32,000 bases of DNA from Prochlorococcus marinus str. NATL2A (GTDB taxonomy: Bacteria; Cyanobacteriota; Cyanobacteriia; PCC-6307; Cyanobiaceae). The notes beneath the pieces were generated by a model. The model had not been told where the DNA came from. It saw only the letters and a program-made list of their open reading frames with translations, and did not search any database. Position numbers and translations under genes: made by a program. The DNA is taken from the NCBI RefSeq assembly GCF_000012465.1, contig NC_007335.2, forward strand, positions 960,001-992,000, read 5' to 3'. Of this stretch, positions 7,585-16,743 are shown one piece after another. The stretch's first letter is position 1. The number at the start of each line of letters is the position of its first letter.

Positions 7585-8055
7585 ATTGACTACCAAAATA
7601 ATATGTACTAATTGACAACAAAAATTTGTCGTCTCTAAACAAGTTCAAGGGTGAATTGAATATATAATTAGTCATCTATTTAATTAAAAATTTTGAGCGA
7701 AGAAAATATCAAAAGAAAAATAGATGCTTTATTAAAAGAACTTCAGGAGAAAACAGGAGTTTCGGATGAAGAGATGGACGAATTTAAAAAAATTATGGAA
7801 CTAGCAGATTTTTCTCAAGACCAAGAATAATTTTGGTATAAGTCGGGTTGAATGAAGGTTTAGCGAGATGCGAGTTTTGACCAAATAAGCAGTACCAACA
7901 CGTTAAACAATGCATATCCAATAGCAATTTGAATTTGGTAAAAATAACCAACAATCGAAGAGGATCCCAAAATAATCAAACTAGTAATAAAAATATCTCT
8001 TGAAAAATTCACCTAAAAAAATCAAGCACTATAAATATTCAGATTGAAAATGAAA

Positions 8056-8214
8056 TCATGAAAGTCTTATTTGATTTTCAATCGAATAAGCATTGCTTGT
8101 GCAGGCCTCATTGCCTGTAACTTGAGAAACAGCAATAACGAGAAGGCTTAGAGAACCAACTGCTAAAGAAATTGTTCTAATAGCACTGGCTTTCTTAGAG
8201 ATTTTCTTGCTCAT
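8056..8214 (-). CDS. small secreted/anchored peptide (52 aa), paralog of 25725-25876
   Basis: Translation from the internal ATG gives MSKKISKKASAIRTISLAVGSLSLLVIAVSQVTGNEACTSNAYSIENQIRLS: a basic N-terminus, a hydrophobic core, and an IENQ motif shared with the paralog. A phased CTTAACTT array lies 31 nt upstream. Confidence 0.55.
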   Translation of the reverse strand: MSKKISKKASAIRTISLAVGSLSLLVIAVSQVTGNEACTSNAYSIENQIRLS

Positions 8215-8245
8215 ATAAATAATATAATTATTAAGAATCCTAAGC

Positions 8246-8275
8246 TTCAAGAATGCAAGTTAAGTACAAGTTAAG
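8246..8275 (-). promoter_or_regulatory. candidate Pho box (PhoB site): three 8-mers with 11-bp phasing
   Basis: Minus strand reads CTTAACTT-gta-CTTAACTT-gca-TTCTTGAA. It matches the published cyanobacterial Pho-box form of PyTTAAPyPy(T/A) 8-mers separated by 3-nt linkers. Confidence 0.5.
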
Positions 8276-8337
8276 GAAAAGAAACCAAACCTTAACCTTA
8301 ATGCGTTGGCAAAAATTTACATGAAGAGAGTCTGACG

Positions 8338-8544
8338 TTACCAGTAGCAATAAGTAGCAGTAATGATACTTACAACAGGTTTTGGAAATTTAATTGGGAT
8401 CTCTTCAAAATTTAGGGCAAGCCAATCACGACAAATCTCATTTTCTATTTGTACATTAGAAATTAAATTTTTATTTAATACATCTTCTTTAGAGTTGTCA
8501 ACCAAATTATTTGTCCAAAGGATGAGAGTTAAAATCAATGGCAT
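8338..8544 (-). CDS. hypothetical protein (68 aa)
   Basis: Track ORF with an AGGAG-like motif about 8 nt upstream of the ATG (minus strand TAGGAGATTAATAGA-ATG). Preferred over the overlapping + strand ORF 8363-8560. Confidence 0.4.
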   Translation of the reverse strand: MPLILTLILWTNNLVDNSKEDVLNKNLISNVQIENEICRDWLALNFEEIPIKFPKPVVSIITATYCYW

Positions 8545-8949
8545 TCTATTAATCTCCTAGATGAAAATTACATAATTTTTAATCAAGAAAGATATGATCC
8601 GTTGTTTGACTTCCTTCTAAATAATCTATTGAACTAAAAAGTGCCAAAGAAGTAGTTAGTAAAACAACAAGGCAAAAAGATGTGAAGTATAGGTATAAAT
8701 AGCTTAATGATAATTCACCACTAATTATCACAATAAAAAAAATGATTTAAATCTATGATAATTTAAATTCCCTTATAATTGATTATGAAGGAGTTAAGAT
8801 ATGGTTATAATATTTAAAGAAGTTTAACGCAATATATCTAAGTTAACGTAATTATAATCATATGTTAAACAGTATTTAAGCTTAAATAAACTTTGCCTTT
8901 ATTTGACAAGTTAAATAGATGCTAGGTTTAGGAAAATTTTTATAAGCTG

Positions 8950-9582
8950 ATGACTTCATCTTTTCAGGAATCCCTGTCCGAAGAAAGTCAGTTTTATGTA
9001 GAAATTTTAGAAAATATGTATCATTCAAATCATATTGTTAATATTCCTTCAGGAGAAAAAGTATCACTAAGCAAAAGTTATCTTTGGTTAGTTGTAAGAG
9101 GTGTCATAAAAATACAAACTTTAACTCTAGATGGAGAACTATCAATACTAGGTTTGGTGAGCAGGGATGAGGTCTTTGGCCAGCCATTATCTATATCGAA
9201 TCCATATGAAGCATATGCATTGGGCAACTGTGATCTTTTACCAATTTCATTAATTGAGATCGAACAAAACCCAACCTTATCTATATCCATATTTAATGCT
9301 CTCAGGAAAACTTATCAGCAAACTGAAATGCTTTTGTCAATCAAGGCAATCCGAGGAATGGAAGACAGAATTAAGTCCTTGTTTTTATTTTTAGCAGAGA
9401 GATATGGACGAGATTATAAAGATGGAATTGTCATAGATATTCGCCTTACACATCAGGAAATAGCTAATTTATTAACAACAACTAGAGTTACAGTTACAAG
9501 AATAATGAGTGGTTTGAAAGAATCAAAATTTTTAATCCTAGAAAGAAGCAAATATGTATTAAAGAAGCACTCAACTATATAA
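8950..9582 (+). CDS. ptrA: Crp/Fnr-family transcription regulator, PtrA-like
   Basis: 210 aa with a cNMP-binding-like N-terminal domain and the C-terminal HTH HQEIANLLTTTRVTVTRIMSGLKE. Its position directly upstream of phoBR matches the picocyanobacterial ptrA context. Confidence 0.75.
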   Translation: MTSSFQESLSEESQFYVEILENMYHSNHIVNIPSGEKVSLSKSYLWLVVRGVIKIQTLTLDGELSILGLVSRDEVFGQPLSISNPYEAYALGNCDLLPISLIEIEQNPTLSISIFNALRKTYQQTEMLLSIKAIRGMEDRIKSLFLFLAERYGRDYKDGIVIDIRLTHQEIANLLTTTRVTVTRIMSGLKESKFLILERSKYVLKKHSTI

Positions 9583-9668
9583 GTTTTTTTTAATGATCAG
9601 CTCACTTCATTCAATTTTCTTATAAATCAACTATAATTGATATAATCAAAAATGTTAGCTTAACCTCT

Positions 9669-10406
9669 GTGACCAGTCGTGTCTCTGACAAGATATCCAA
9701 GGCTAAAAGACTACTTATCGTTGAAGACGATAAGAGCATTCGCGAAACGCTCAATGAAGCTCTTGTTGCAGAGGGTTACCAAGTCGAGGCTTGCAAGACT
9801 GGTGATGAAGCTGAGGCTAGAGTTTTCTCTCAGTTCGACACACGTAAAAAGATTGATTTAATTGTTTTAGACTTAATGTTACCCAACCTGAATGGAATAG
9901 AGCTTTGTAGAAGAGTCCGAAAAAACAATATAAAAACACCTATTCTTATTGTCAGCGCAAAAGACAGTGAATCTGATCGTGTATTGGGATTAGAAGTTGG
10001 AGCTGACGATTATTTGATAAAGCCTTTTGGCTTAAATGAACTAATTGCAAGGTGTCGAGCAATTCTCAGAAGATCTGAAACTAATCATGAGAAAGCTCAA
10101 GATTCTTCCCAAGTCCTTAGCTACAAAAATATATCCTTATACAGACAGGAATACAGGGTCACAAAAAACAGTAAGGAAATAAATCTTGCCCCTAAGGAAT
10201 ACAAAATCATGGAATTGTTCCTGCAGAATCCAAAGCGGGTGTGGAGTCGTGATCAACTTTTAGAACAAATTTGGGGGATTGATTATGTGGGGGATTCTAA
10301 AACTGTAGATGTACATATTAGGTGGATTAGAGAAAAAATAGAGGATGATGCATCGGATCCAGACTATATAAGAACCGTTAGAGGTTTTGGCTACAAATTT
10401 GGGTAA
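9669..10406 (+). CDS. phoB: phosphate regulon response regulator (OmpR/PhoB family)
   Basis: GTG start. Receiver domain (LLIVEDD, LIVLDLMLP, SAKD) plus winged helix (VDVHIRWIREKIE, IRTVRGFGYKF). Followed 9 nt later by the histidine kinase. Confidence 0.9.
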   Translation: MTSRVSDKISKAKRLLIVEDDKSIRETLNEALVAEGYQVEACKTGDEAEARVFSQFDTRKKIDLIVLDLMLPNLNGIELCRRVRKNNIKTPILIVSAKDSESDRVLGLEVGADDYLIKPFGLNELIARCRAILRRSETNHEKAQDSSQVLSYKNISLYRQEYRVTKNSKEINLAPKEYKIMELFLQNPKRVWSRDQLLEQIWGIDYVGDSKTVDVHIRWIREKIEDDASDPDYIRTVRGFGYKFG

Positions 10407-10415
10407 AGGCGAATT

Positions 10416-11549
10416 ATGCTAAAAAAAATATTAAAAAAGCTACTCAAATTCATAAAAAAGATTCTCAGCATTAGAGGAGTTGGAACGACCATAAGAAATG
10501 TTAGAAAGTGGCCTAAACGTCAACAATTTGTAGATGTCTCTCAAATCCTAAATTGGGTCGATGATATTAATCAGGGTTGGATAATTATTACGTCTAAGAA
10601 TAAAATCCTGTTTATCAATAAGCAAGCAAAGAAATTATTGTCAATTAAAAAGGATTCAAAAATATTAGGGAAATCCCTCTTTAAACTTGAAATCCCAGAT
10701 GAGATAAAGAGAGAAATTCAAAAGCTTAATAGGGCAAAGACATTTAAAAGTATTCCTTATTTCTTTCATGAAAAAGAACTTGAAATTTCATTAATGCCTG
10801 GCTCAAAATCCACTACGCTTATACTTTTAACTAATAAGAGGTCTTTAGATTATCAACGTCAACTACAAGAGAGAATGTTAGGGGATGCCGCTCATGAATT
10901 AAAAACTCCATTAACTGCACTCATGTTGCTTGGAGATAGATTGGAGGATTTGGTCAAGAAAAAAGATAGACCATTAATAAAGAGATTAAGAAAAGAAATT
11001 TTAAGACTAAAGTTGATGGTGAATGATTTACTGGAGTTGTCCAGATTGGTCAATTCATCCTCAGTTCAGGAAGAATTGACAAAAACAATTAATATGGAAG
11101 AAATTGTACTCAGTTCATGGAATACCCTTAAGCCGCTCGCAGATAAGAAAAAATTAAATTTAGTTAATACATCGAAAACTAATTCTTTAATAGAGGGTAA
11201 TTCTGAGAAATTATATAGGGTTGTTTTTAATTTGCTTGATAACGCAATTAGATATTCTCCTGATTCAGCTAACATCAATACTCAAATTCATGAAGATGAA
11301 AAACATCTAATTTTAAGTATCAAAGATGAAGGGCCAGGATTAAGTAAAGATGATCTGAAAAATATGTTTCAACGTTTTTATAGAGGTGATCCATCTAGGT
11401 ATAAAAATAAACGTATAGGTAGTGGTTTAGGTCTCTCAATAGCTCAACAAATAGTTGTTAATCACAAAGGGGCTATTGAAGCTTCTAATGATACTAATGG
11501 TGGTACTTTGATGAAAATCAAATTACCTCTACAAAAACAGATTGTTTAG
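10416..11549 (+). CDS. phoR: phosphate sensor histidine kinase
   Basis: H-box HELKTPLTAL, N-box NLLDNAIRYSP, G1 DEGPGL, G2 GSGLGLSI. A PAS-like segment precedes the H-box. The N-terminus is basic and has no obvious TM helix. Confidence 0.9.
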   Translation: MLKKILKKLLKFIKKILSIRGVGTTIRNVRKWPKRQQFVDVSQILNWVDDINQGWIIITSKNKILFINKQAKKLLSIKKDSKILGKSLFKLEIPDEIKREIQKLNRAKTFKSIPYFFHEKELEISLMPGSKSTTLILLTNKRSLDYQRQLQERMLGDAAHELKTPLTALMLLGDRLEDLVKKKDRPLIKRLRKEILRLKLMVNDLLELSRLVNSSSVQEELTKTINMEEIVLSSWNTLKPLADKKKLNLVNTSKTNSLIEGNSEKLYRVVFNLLDNAIRYSPDSANINTQIHEDEKHLILSIKDEGPGLSKDDLKNMFQRFYRGDPSRYKNKRIGSGLGLSIAQQIVVNHKGAIEASNDTNGGTLMKIKLPLQKQIV

Positions 11550-11890
11550 TAAATATCTGGACAGTTTTTTCTTGCTATAAGTCGTTTCAAGTCTCGAACA
11601 GCATCACCAGTTAATAGATAACTACCATCATTTTCTTCATACCAATAGGTTTGTCTTTTACCAATTGCAGACCAGAATCTATCTGGGAGTGATGGCATAT
11701 AAAAATCAACAAACGCTGAAACACCGTATTCATTTTCAGACCTCATATCATCACATGCCTTATTCATTTCTTCTACATTATGTATGTAGTATCTTGCTGC
11801 TTGCCAAAAGTATTTATCCTCTGCTTTTGATGTTTCTAGCAAACAAAAGAATAGATAACTAAAAATAGCTAAAAGATATTTTCTCTTCAT
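11546..11890 (-). CDS. secreted hypothetical protein downstream of the PhoA-like gene
   Basis: Start placed at the internal ATG, which gives the signal peptide MKRKYLLAIFSYLFFCLLETSKA. The longer track ORF would run through the upstream terminator. The 3' end overlaps the phoR stop by 4 nt in convergent orientation. Confidence 0.6.
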   Translation of the reverse strand: MKRKYLLAIFSYLFFCLLETSKAEDKYFWQAARYYIHNVEEMNKACDDMRSENEYGVSAFVDFYMPSLPDRFWSAIGKRQTYWYEENDGSYLLTGDAVRDLKRLIARKNCPDIY

Positions 11891-11918
11891 GAATTTAAAT
11901 ACATCGAATTTAATGGAT

Positions 11919-11954
11919 AAAAAAAAAGGGTACAACATCTATATGCTGTACCCT
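11919..11954 (-). terminator. intrinsic terminator after the PhoA-like gene
   Basis: On the minus strand the AGGGTACA...TGTACCCT hairpin is followed by T9. Confidence 0.55.
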
Positions 11955-11972
11955 AAATGTTAGTAGATTGAT

Positions 11973-14237
11973 TTAAAGCTTTCCTATATTTAGGAATAAT
12001 GTTTCTCCAGTTGATTTTTTTGAAGTTCCATCATTGTCAGTTGATATGTAAGCGGTACCATCTTTTTTGATAGCTAGGCCTTCAACTTTTTCAAGAATAA
12101 ATCCACCTGTTGAAGTTAGATCTGATCTCAAATCCTTAACGAACTCTTTCTTAACCAATGGATATAGAATTGGTGTAGAAGTATCATTCGAAATTGGATC
12201 AGGATTAATATCAGAAACTTTGATACGGAAAATAGACTTTAATTTAGCCTTTGCTCCGTAATTGCTATCTCTTTCAATTGCATAAAGATATCCGTCATGA
12301 TGAGTCAATTCGGAAATTCCTACGCCACCTTTTCTACCTTGCTTTTCGAATACATAGTTAACGGCTCCCCATTCATTGCTTTCTAAGTTGTAAGTAACAA
12401 TTTTTGTTGTATTAAATGGATCATCCGCCCATGGCTTTTGTTGTGCCATGTAAAGAGTATCTCCAACTTTTGCTATTCCTTCAAAGCCAGCTTTCGTTTG
12501 ATATTGAATAAGGGAATAGGGTACATCTATTTTTTCAAGAATTTCACCATCTGAGCTGATGTGATAAACAGCAGCTGGAGCTTGTTCTATCCCCGGACCA
12601 CCTTTCTCTTTGAATCCTTCTGTGGAAACATAAAAACCACCTTTACCATCAAGTGTAATTCCCTCCATATCCAAAAATGGAGCAGTCTTTCCTTTTAACT
12701 TGATGTCTATAGCAGTATCAAGTATGGCAGGGCTGTAATTTGTATCGATCACATAAATTCTTGGCTGTGACGAAAATGTGCTGTCGTTAACGGCATAAAT
12801 CTTTCCATCGCCTCCGTCAACCATTCCGCTAATCGATCCCCAACTAACAAAGTCATATCCACCTTCATTAGTGATGTGTGGATAAATTGCATCTGCCTTT
12901 TGGAGCTCGTAAGTCATTACATGTGAAGCCAAGCCAGGTTCTTTCTTGTTGTAATCTTTTTCGTTAGAAGATGCGATTAAACCACGATTAGGAATTGCGA
13001 CAAATCCTTCTGGTCCAATACCAGATGGTAATAGTTGAAGGAGTGTTGGCTGACTTAAATCTGATACATCATATACAGCTACAACTCCAGCTCTTTCAGC
13101 TCCTACAAACATATAAGGAGTACCTTTGATTTTCGCATAAGTCACTGATTCAGGTTCTACTCCTTTCTTTCCAGCACGATCGTCTTGAAAATGACCAATT
13201 TGTGCAATAGCTCTTTCTAGTCTGTTTCCATCTTCATAAACAACAGAACCATCTTTATTCCAAATCGTCCAAGATCTAGAACCTCCTCTTTTTGCCTGAC
13301 CTTCTTTCTTTAACTTGTAATCTCCCTCGTTAGCTGTCGCAAAATGATCGTTATCAATCCAAGTTAGTCCGTCTGGTTCACGTCTAACGTTTTTTAGCTT
13401 TTTCTTGAATGTATGTGCTCCATCTTTTTTAGTATCCATTCCTGCCATTTGACTTACTAGACCTGCTGAAAAATGGGAGATAACTTCACCTTTTTTATTT
13501 AGTACCACCAAGTGATTATTTTCTTGCAGTGAAACAACTGTTTCACCTTTTTTATTAATCGTTAGAAATTCTGGCTCAGGGTCACTTGGTGCTATTTCAG
13601 AAAGACCAGAGACATCTGCGAAGAACATTGAATCACAATCAAGATCTCCTCCTTTTAGCTTTACAAAAGCAACATTACCTGCAGGCATTTGTGGAATTAC
13701 ACCATCATTAAATTCTTCATCTCTTTCATTCTCAATCGCAACTGCGATAAATTTTCCACTTGGGGCAATTGCGACACTGTCAGGTTGTCCACCAACGTTG
13801 CATTCTTTGGACTTAATACCTGTTTTTAGATCGTATGAGGTTATTGATCCTGATGGATTTGTGTAGCTTTCAGATGTATTAATACCTACAAAGATTTTAC
13901 CTTTACGCTCCATCACTGATGTTGGTTCTGCATCTAACTCGATAATCCCTTCACCTTTAGGATCTGAAGGATCTGTAATATCTATTATTCCTAGAACACC
14001 AAGATCACTATCAGTGTAGATAAGTGTTTTTCCATCCTTAGTTGCTGTGATGGTCTCTGCAGATGTTTTAGTTGTGGACTTTACACCAGATGGAAGATTC
14101 CTATTGATAGCAAAAGAAGAAACTCTGTTGAAATTCTTATTTGAAGCATCCCGCCAACCTGCAAGACTTGATGTGCTTGAGGAGGCTAAGAGAGCTAGCA
14201 CTGCTGAGCCACATGCTAGTACAACCCTTTTTTTCAT
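11973..14237 (-). CDS. phoA: secreted beta-propeller/phytase-like phosphoesterase (atypical PhoA-like alkaline phosphatase of marine picocyanobacteria)
   Basis: About 754 aa from the internal ATG, with signal peptide MKKRVVLACGSAVLALLA. Repeated propeller-like segments and EG(I/L)A motifs (GFEGIAKV, VEGLAIKKDG). Synteny phoR / this gene / porin / pstS and a strong Pho-box-like array upstream. The function is inferred. Confidence 0.65.
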   Translation of the reverse strand: MKKRVVLACGSAVLALLASSSTSSLAGWRDASNKNFNRVSSFAINRNLPSGVKSTTKTSAETITATKDGKTLIYTDSDLGVLGIIDITDPSDPKGEGIIELDAEPTSVMERKGKIFVGINTSESYTNPSGSITSYDLKTGIKSKECNVGGQPDSVAIAPSGKFIAVAIENERDEEFNDGVIPQMPAGNVAFVKLKGGDLDCDSMFFADVSGLSEIAPSDPEPEFLTINKKGETVVSLQENNHLVVLNKKGEVISHFSAGLVSQMAGMDTKKDGAHTFKKKLKNVRREPDGLTWIDNDHFATANEGDYKLKKEGQAKRGGSRSWTIWNKDGSVVYEDGNRLERAIAQIGHFQDDRAGKKGVEPESVTYAKIKGTPYMFVGAERAGVVAVYDVSDLSQPTLLQLLPSGIGPEGFVAIPNRGLIASSNEKDYNKKEPGLASHVMTYELQKADAIYPHITNEGGYDFVSWGSISGMVDGGDGKIYAVNDSTFSSQPRIYVIDTNYSPAILDTAIDIKLKGKTAPFLDMEGITLDGKGGFYVSTEGFKEKGGPGIEQAPAAVYHISSDGEILEKIDVPYSLIQYQTKAGFEGIAKVGDTLYMAQQKPWADDPFNTTKIVTYNLESNEWGAVNYVFEKQGRKGGVGISELTHHDGYLYAIERDSNYGAKAKLKSIFRIKVSDINPDPISNDTSTPILYPLVKKEFVKDLRSDLTSTGGFILEKVEGLAIKKDGTAYISTDNDGTSKKSTGETLFLNIGKL

Positions 14238-14273
14238 TGAGTAAAATTCAGTCACCTATTGTTTAGCTGACAG

Positions 14274-14325
14274 AAGTTAAGAGAAAAACTTTTTAAGTTA
14301 AAAAAAAGGTTAGCAAAAAGTTAAG
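14274..14325 (-). promoter_or_regulatory. candidate Pho box array (five 11-bp phased positions, three strong 8-mers)
   Basis: Minus strand reads CTTAACTT-ttt-GCTAACCT-ttt-TTTTAACT-taa-AAAGTTTT-tct-CTTAACTT. It ends 37 nt before the ATG at 14237 and lies downstream of the porin terminator. Confidence 0.6.
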
Positions 14326-14346
14326 AAACATTTATCAACTATGCAT

Positions 14347-14378
14347 AAAAAAAAGACCCCTAATGTAGGGGCCTTTTT
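14347..14378 (-). terminator. intrinsic terminator after the porin gene (palindromic, could act on both strands)
   Basis: A8-GA-CCCCTA-atg-TAGGGG-CC-T5. On the minus strand this is a hairpin followed by T8. Confidence 0.7.
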
Positions 14379-14398
14379 GAAAAGTTTAAGTAAGAAGT

Positions 14399-15385
14399 TT
14401 AGAACTTGTACTTAACGTTAAGAGCTGCGCCAGATAGATCCTCTCCACCTACACCAGCATCTTCTGATGTCCAGATCATTGGTGTGATCTTAACGCCATC
14501 AGCAATCTTGTAGTCATACCATGCTTCGTATGTAAGCTTCTCATCAGTTCCCTTTTGAGTTCCTACGCCTACGCCAAGTGTACCTGGGCCTGCATCAGCT
14601 TCTACACCAACAACCCAGTTTTCATCTTCTTCACCCTTTTCAGGATCCATTGAATCAAAATAAGCACTTACGGTAACAGGGATTGATTCTGGCTGGAAAT
14701 AGGCACCAATACCGTATGCAGTGTATGTATCACTGCTGTCACTGTATGTAAATGTTCCGCCAAAACCATCTCCATCAAAACCAAGCTGAGCAGTTACATA
14801 GTCTTCAGTATCGTCACCAAAGATTCCCTTACTTGCATCATCACCATCAGCAGCTGTCATGTTAAGAGAAGCATTCCAGCCATTATCTCCTGCATAAGCG
14901 ATAGTTGCACCTGTTCCGCCTTCACCGGCAAGAGCATAGTATCCATCAGCTGCTAATAGAACTGGCTCACCATAGACAGATGTAGTACCAGCAAGACCTT
15001 GATCTCCATCCATCTTTGGTCCGATACTTATTGTTAAGTCTTCGGCAAGAGGGAATTGGTAATAAAGATCAGTAAGAGTTGGGGTTTTACCGCCGCCCTT
15101 ACTGCTTTGAGGATCGATTCCACCAGCTAAGGTTTTACCACTTCCAATTTCAAATTTTCCAACAAGCTTGTCTTCACCAGTAAAACTAGTAGTAGCTTTC
15201 CACTTCATTTCATATGAAGAATGAAGCTCGTCTCCATCTGCTGAATCTGCATTAGAACCAACAGTGAAATTTACACTGCTTTTTAATTTTGTAGTTGGGC
15301 TAAATGCAGTATCTGCATTAACAGCAACAGGAGCCATAAGGCCTAATGCTGCAGGAGCTATTAATAAGCTCTTAAAAAATTTCAT
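14399..15385 (-). CDS. outer-membrane beta-barrel porin (P-stress cluster porin)
   Basis: Signal peptide MKFFKSLLIAPAALGLMAPVAVNA from the internal ATG. Gly/Asp/Thr-rich alternating beta-strand pattern and terminal ...NVKYKF. Divergent from pstS. Confidence 0.8.
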   Translation of the reverse strand: MKFFKSLLIAPAALGLMAPVAVNADTAFSPTTKLKSSVNFTVGSNADSADGDELHSSYEMKWKATTSFTGEDKLVGKFEIGSGKTLAGGIDPQSSKGGGKTPTLTDLYYQFPLAEDLTISIGPKMDGDQGLAGTTSVYGEPVLLAADGYYALAGEGGTGATIAYAGDNGWNASLNMTAADGDDASKGIFGDDTEDYVTAQLGFDGDGFGGTFTYSDSSDTYTAYGIGAYFQPESIPVTVSAYFDSMDPEKGEEDENWVVGVEADAGPGTLGVGVGTQKGTDEKLTYEAWYDYKIADGVKITPMIWTSEDAGVGGEDLSGAALNVKYKF

Positions 15386-15469
15386 CGTGTCCTCACACAA
15401 GATAAAAAGGTAATGGATTTAACATCCAAACGAAACTTATAAGATGTACGTTCAGGAATGACTAAAGTT

Positions 15470-15499
15470 AGGTAATGGTTTGGTTAAGGTTTAACGAAG
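15470..15499 (-). promoter_or_regulatory. candidate Pho box, porin-proximal
   Basis: Minus strand reads CTTCGTTA-aac-CTTAACCA-aac-CATTACCT with exact 11-bp phasing. Weaker than the PhoA-like array. Confidence 0.35.
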
Positions 15500-15564
15500 T
15501 AAAAATTAATTTTTTTTTAGAGTAAAAATCGTAATTTTGAAATTTATTTCGTTTTAAAAAATGC

Positions 15565-15594
15565 AAATTAATCTTGGTTAATCGAAAGGTTAAG
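15565..15594. promoter_or_regulatory. candidate Pho box, pstS-proximal
   Basis: Minus-orientation reading is CTTAACCT (a perfect consensus 8-mer, 15587-15594), ATTAACCA, ATTAATTT. TTAA cores are spaced 12 and 10 nt rather than 11/11. About 100 nt upstream of the pstS ATG. Confidence 0.4.
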
Positions 15595-15698
15595 AACACA
15601 CCAAGGAAAATTGATGAATTGCTAATTTGAATTTGAAATAAAAATAATTAGATCAATTAAATGCTATGAAATAAGAGCCAGTTTTTTTATTAGGCCTC

Positions 15699-16670
15699 AT
15701 GACCTTCGCCAAGAAGGCCCTCATCTTTACTTCTTTGCTTGCAGTGGGCGCAGGCATGTCCGCAACTGCAGCTAGTCGTCTTAGTGGAGCAGGTGCATCC
15801 TTCCCCGCTAAAATCTACACTCGTTGGTTTTCCGATTTAGCAAAAGAGGGTGGACCTCGTGTTAACTATCAAGCTGTTGGTTCAGGTTCTGGCCGTAAAG
15901 CATTCATTGATCAAACCGTAAACTTCGGTGCTTCTGATGATCCAATGAAAGCAAAGGATATTGCAAAAGTTACTCGTGGATTAGTTCAAATCCCAATGGT
16001 TGGAGGCACAATTGCCTTTGGCTACAACTACGATTGCGACCTTAAACTTACTCAAGAGCAAGCTGTTCGCGTTGCTATGGGTAAAATCTCTAATTGGAAA
16101 GAAGTTGGTTGTCCAGCAGGAAAAATGACATGGGCACATCGCTCTGATGGTTCCGGTACAACCAAGGCTTTCTCAAACTCCATGCAAGCTTTCTCTAAGA
16201 CATGGAATTTAGGAACAGGTAAATCTATTGCTTGGCCTGCTGGTGTTGGTGGAAAAGGTAACGCAGGTGTTGCAGGCGTAATTCGTAATACTCCTGGTGC
16301 AATTGGTTATGTCAACCAGTCATACATTAAAGGAGAAATCAAGGCTGCCGCTCTTCAAAACTTATCTGGAGAGTATTTAAAGCCATCTACTGAGTCAGGA
16401 GCTAAAGCTCTTAATGGAATTACGTTAGATGAAAATTTAGCAGGTAAAAACCCCAACCCAAAAGCTAAGGGTGCATACCCAATCGCTACGTTGACATGGA
16501 TTCTTGCTTATGAAAAAGGCAATGGTAGAAATACTAAAGCCATTCAAAAGTCACTTAACTACTTGCTAAGTGATAAAGCTCAGGCTAAGGCTCCTTCTCT
16601 TGGATTCGTACCTCTTAAAGGTGAGATTCTTAAAAAATCACGTGCTGCCGTAAAGCGTATTGGTAAATAA
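15699..16670 (+). CDS. pstS: periplasmic phosphate-binding protein of the Pst ABC transporter
   Basis: 323 aa with a signal peptide. Contains SGAGASFPAKIY, QAVGSGSGRKAF, HRSDGSGTT and GAIGYV, the classic PstS motifs. Confidence 0.95.
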   Translation: MTFAKKALIFTSLLAVGAGMSATAASRLSGAGASFPAKIYTRWFSDLAKEGGPRVNYQAVGSGSGRKAFIDQTVNFGASDDPMKAKDIAKVTRGLVQIPMVGGTIAFGYNYDCDLKLTQEQAVRVAMGKISNWKEVGCPAGKMTWAHRSDGSGTTKAFSNSMQAFSKTWNLGTGKSIAWPAGVGGKGNAGVAGVIRNTPGAIGYVNQSYIKGEIKAAALQNLSGEYLKPSTESGAKALNGITLDENLAGKNPNPKAKGAYPIATLTWILAYEKGNGRNTKAIQKSLNYLLSDKAQAKAPSLGFVPLKGEILKKSRAAVKRIGK

Positions 16671-16687
16671 ATTAAACTCATGATCTT

Positions 16688-16714
16688 AAAAGGAGGCATT
16701 AGCCTCCTTTTTTT
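16688..16714 (+). terminator. intrinsic terminator of pstS
   Basis: AGGAGGC-atta-GCCTCCT followed by a T-run, 18 nt after the stop. Confidence 0.75.
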
Positions 16715-16743
16715 ATTGTCTATTTTTTGCTTGCTAGTAGCTT

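Noticed and set aside
7225-7675. Track ORFs 7225-7422 (-) and 7469-7675 (-).
   Set aside because: Both are antisense shadows of the two coupled + strand small-TM genes (7229-7405 and 7408-7584). One of those genes has paralogs elsewhere in the window.
9656-9663. A perfect CTTAACCT 8-mer just before the phoB GTG start, which could indicate autoregulation.
   Set aside because: It is a single unit with no phased partners, and it lies only 5 nt from the start codon, where it overlaps the RBS region rather than a promoter.
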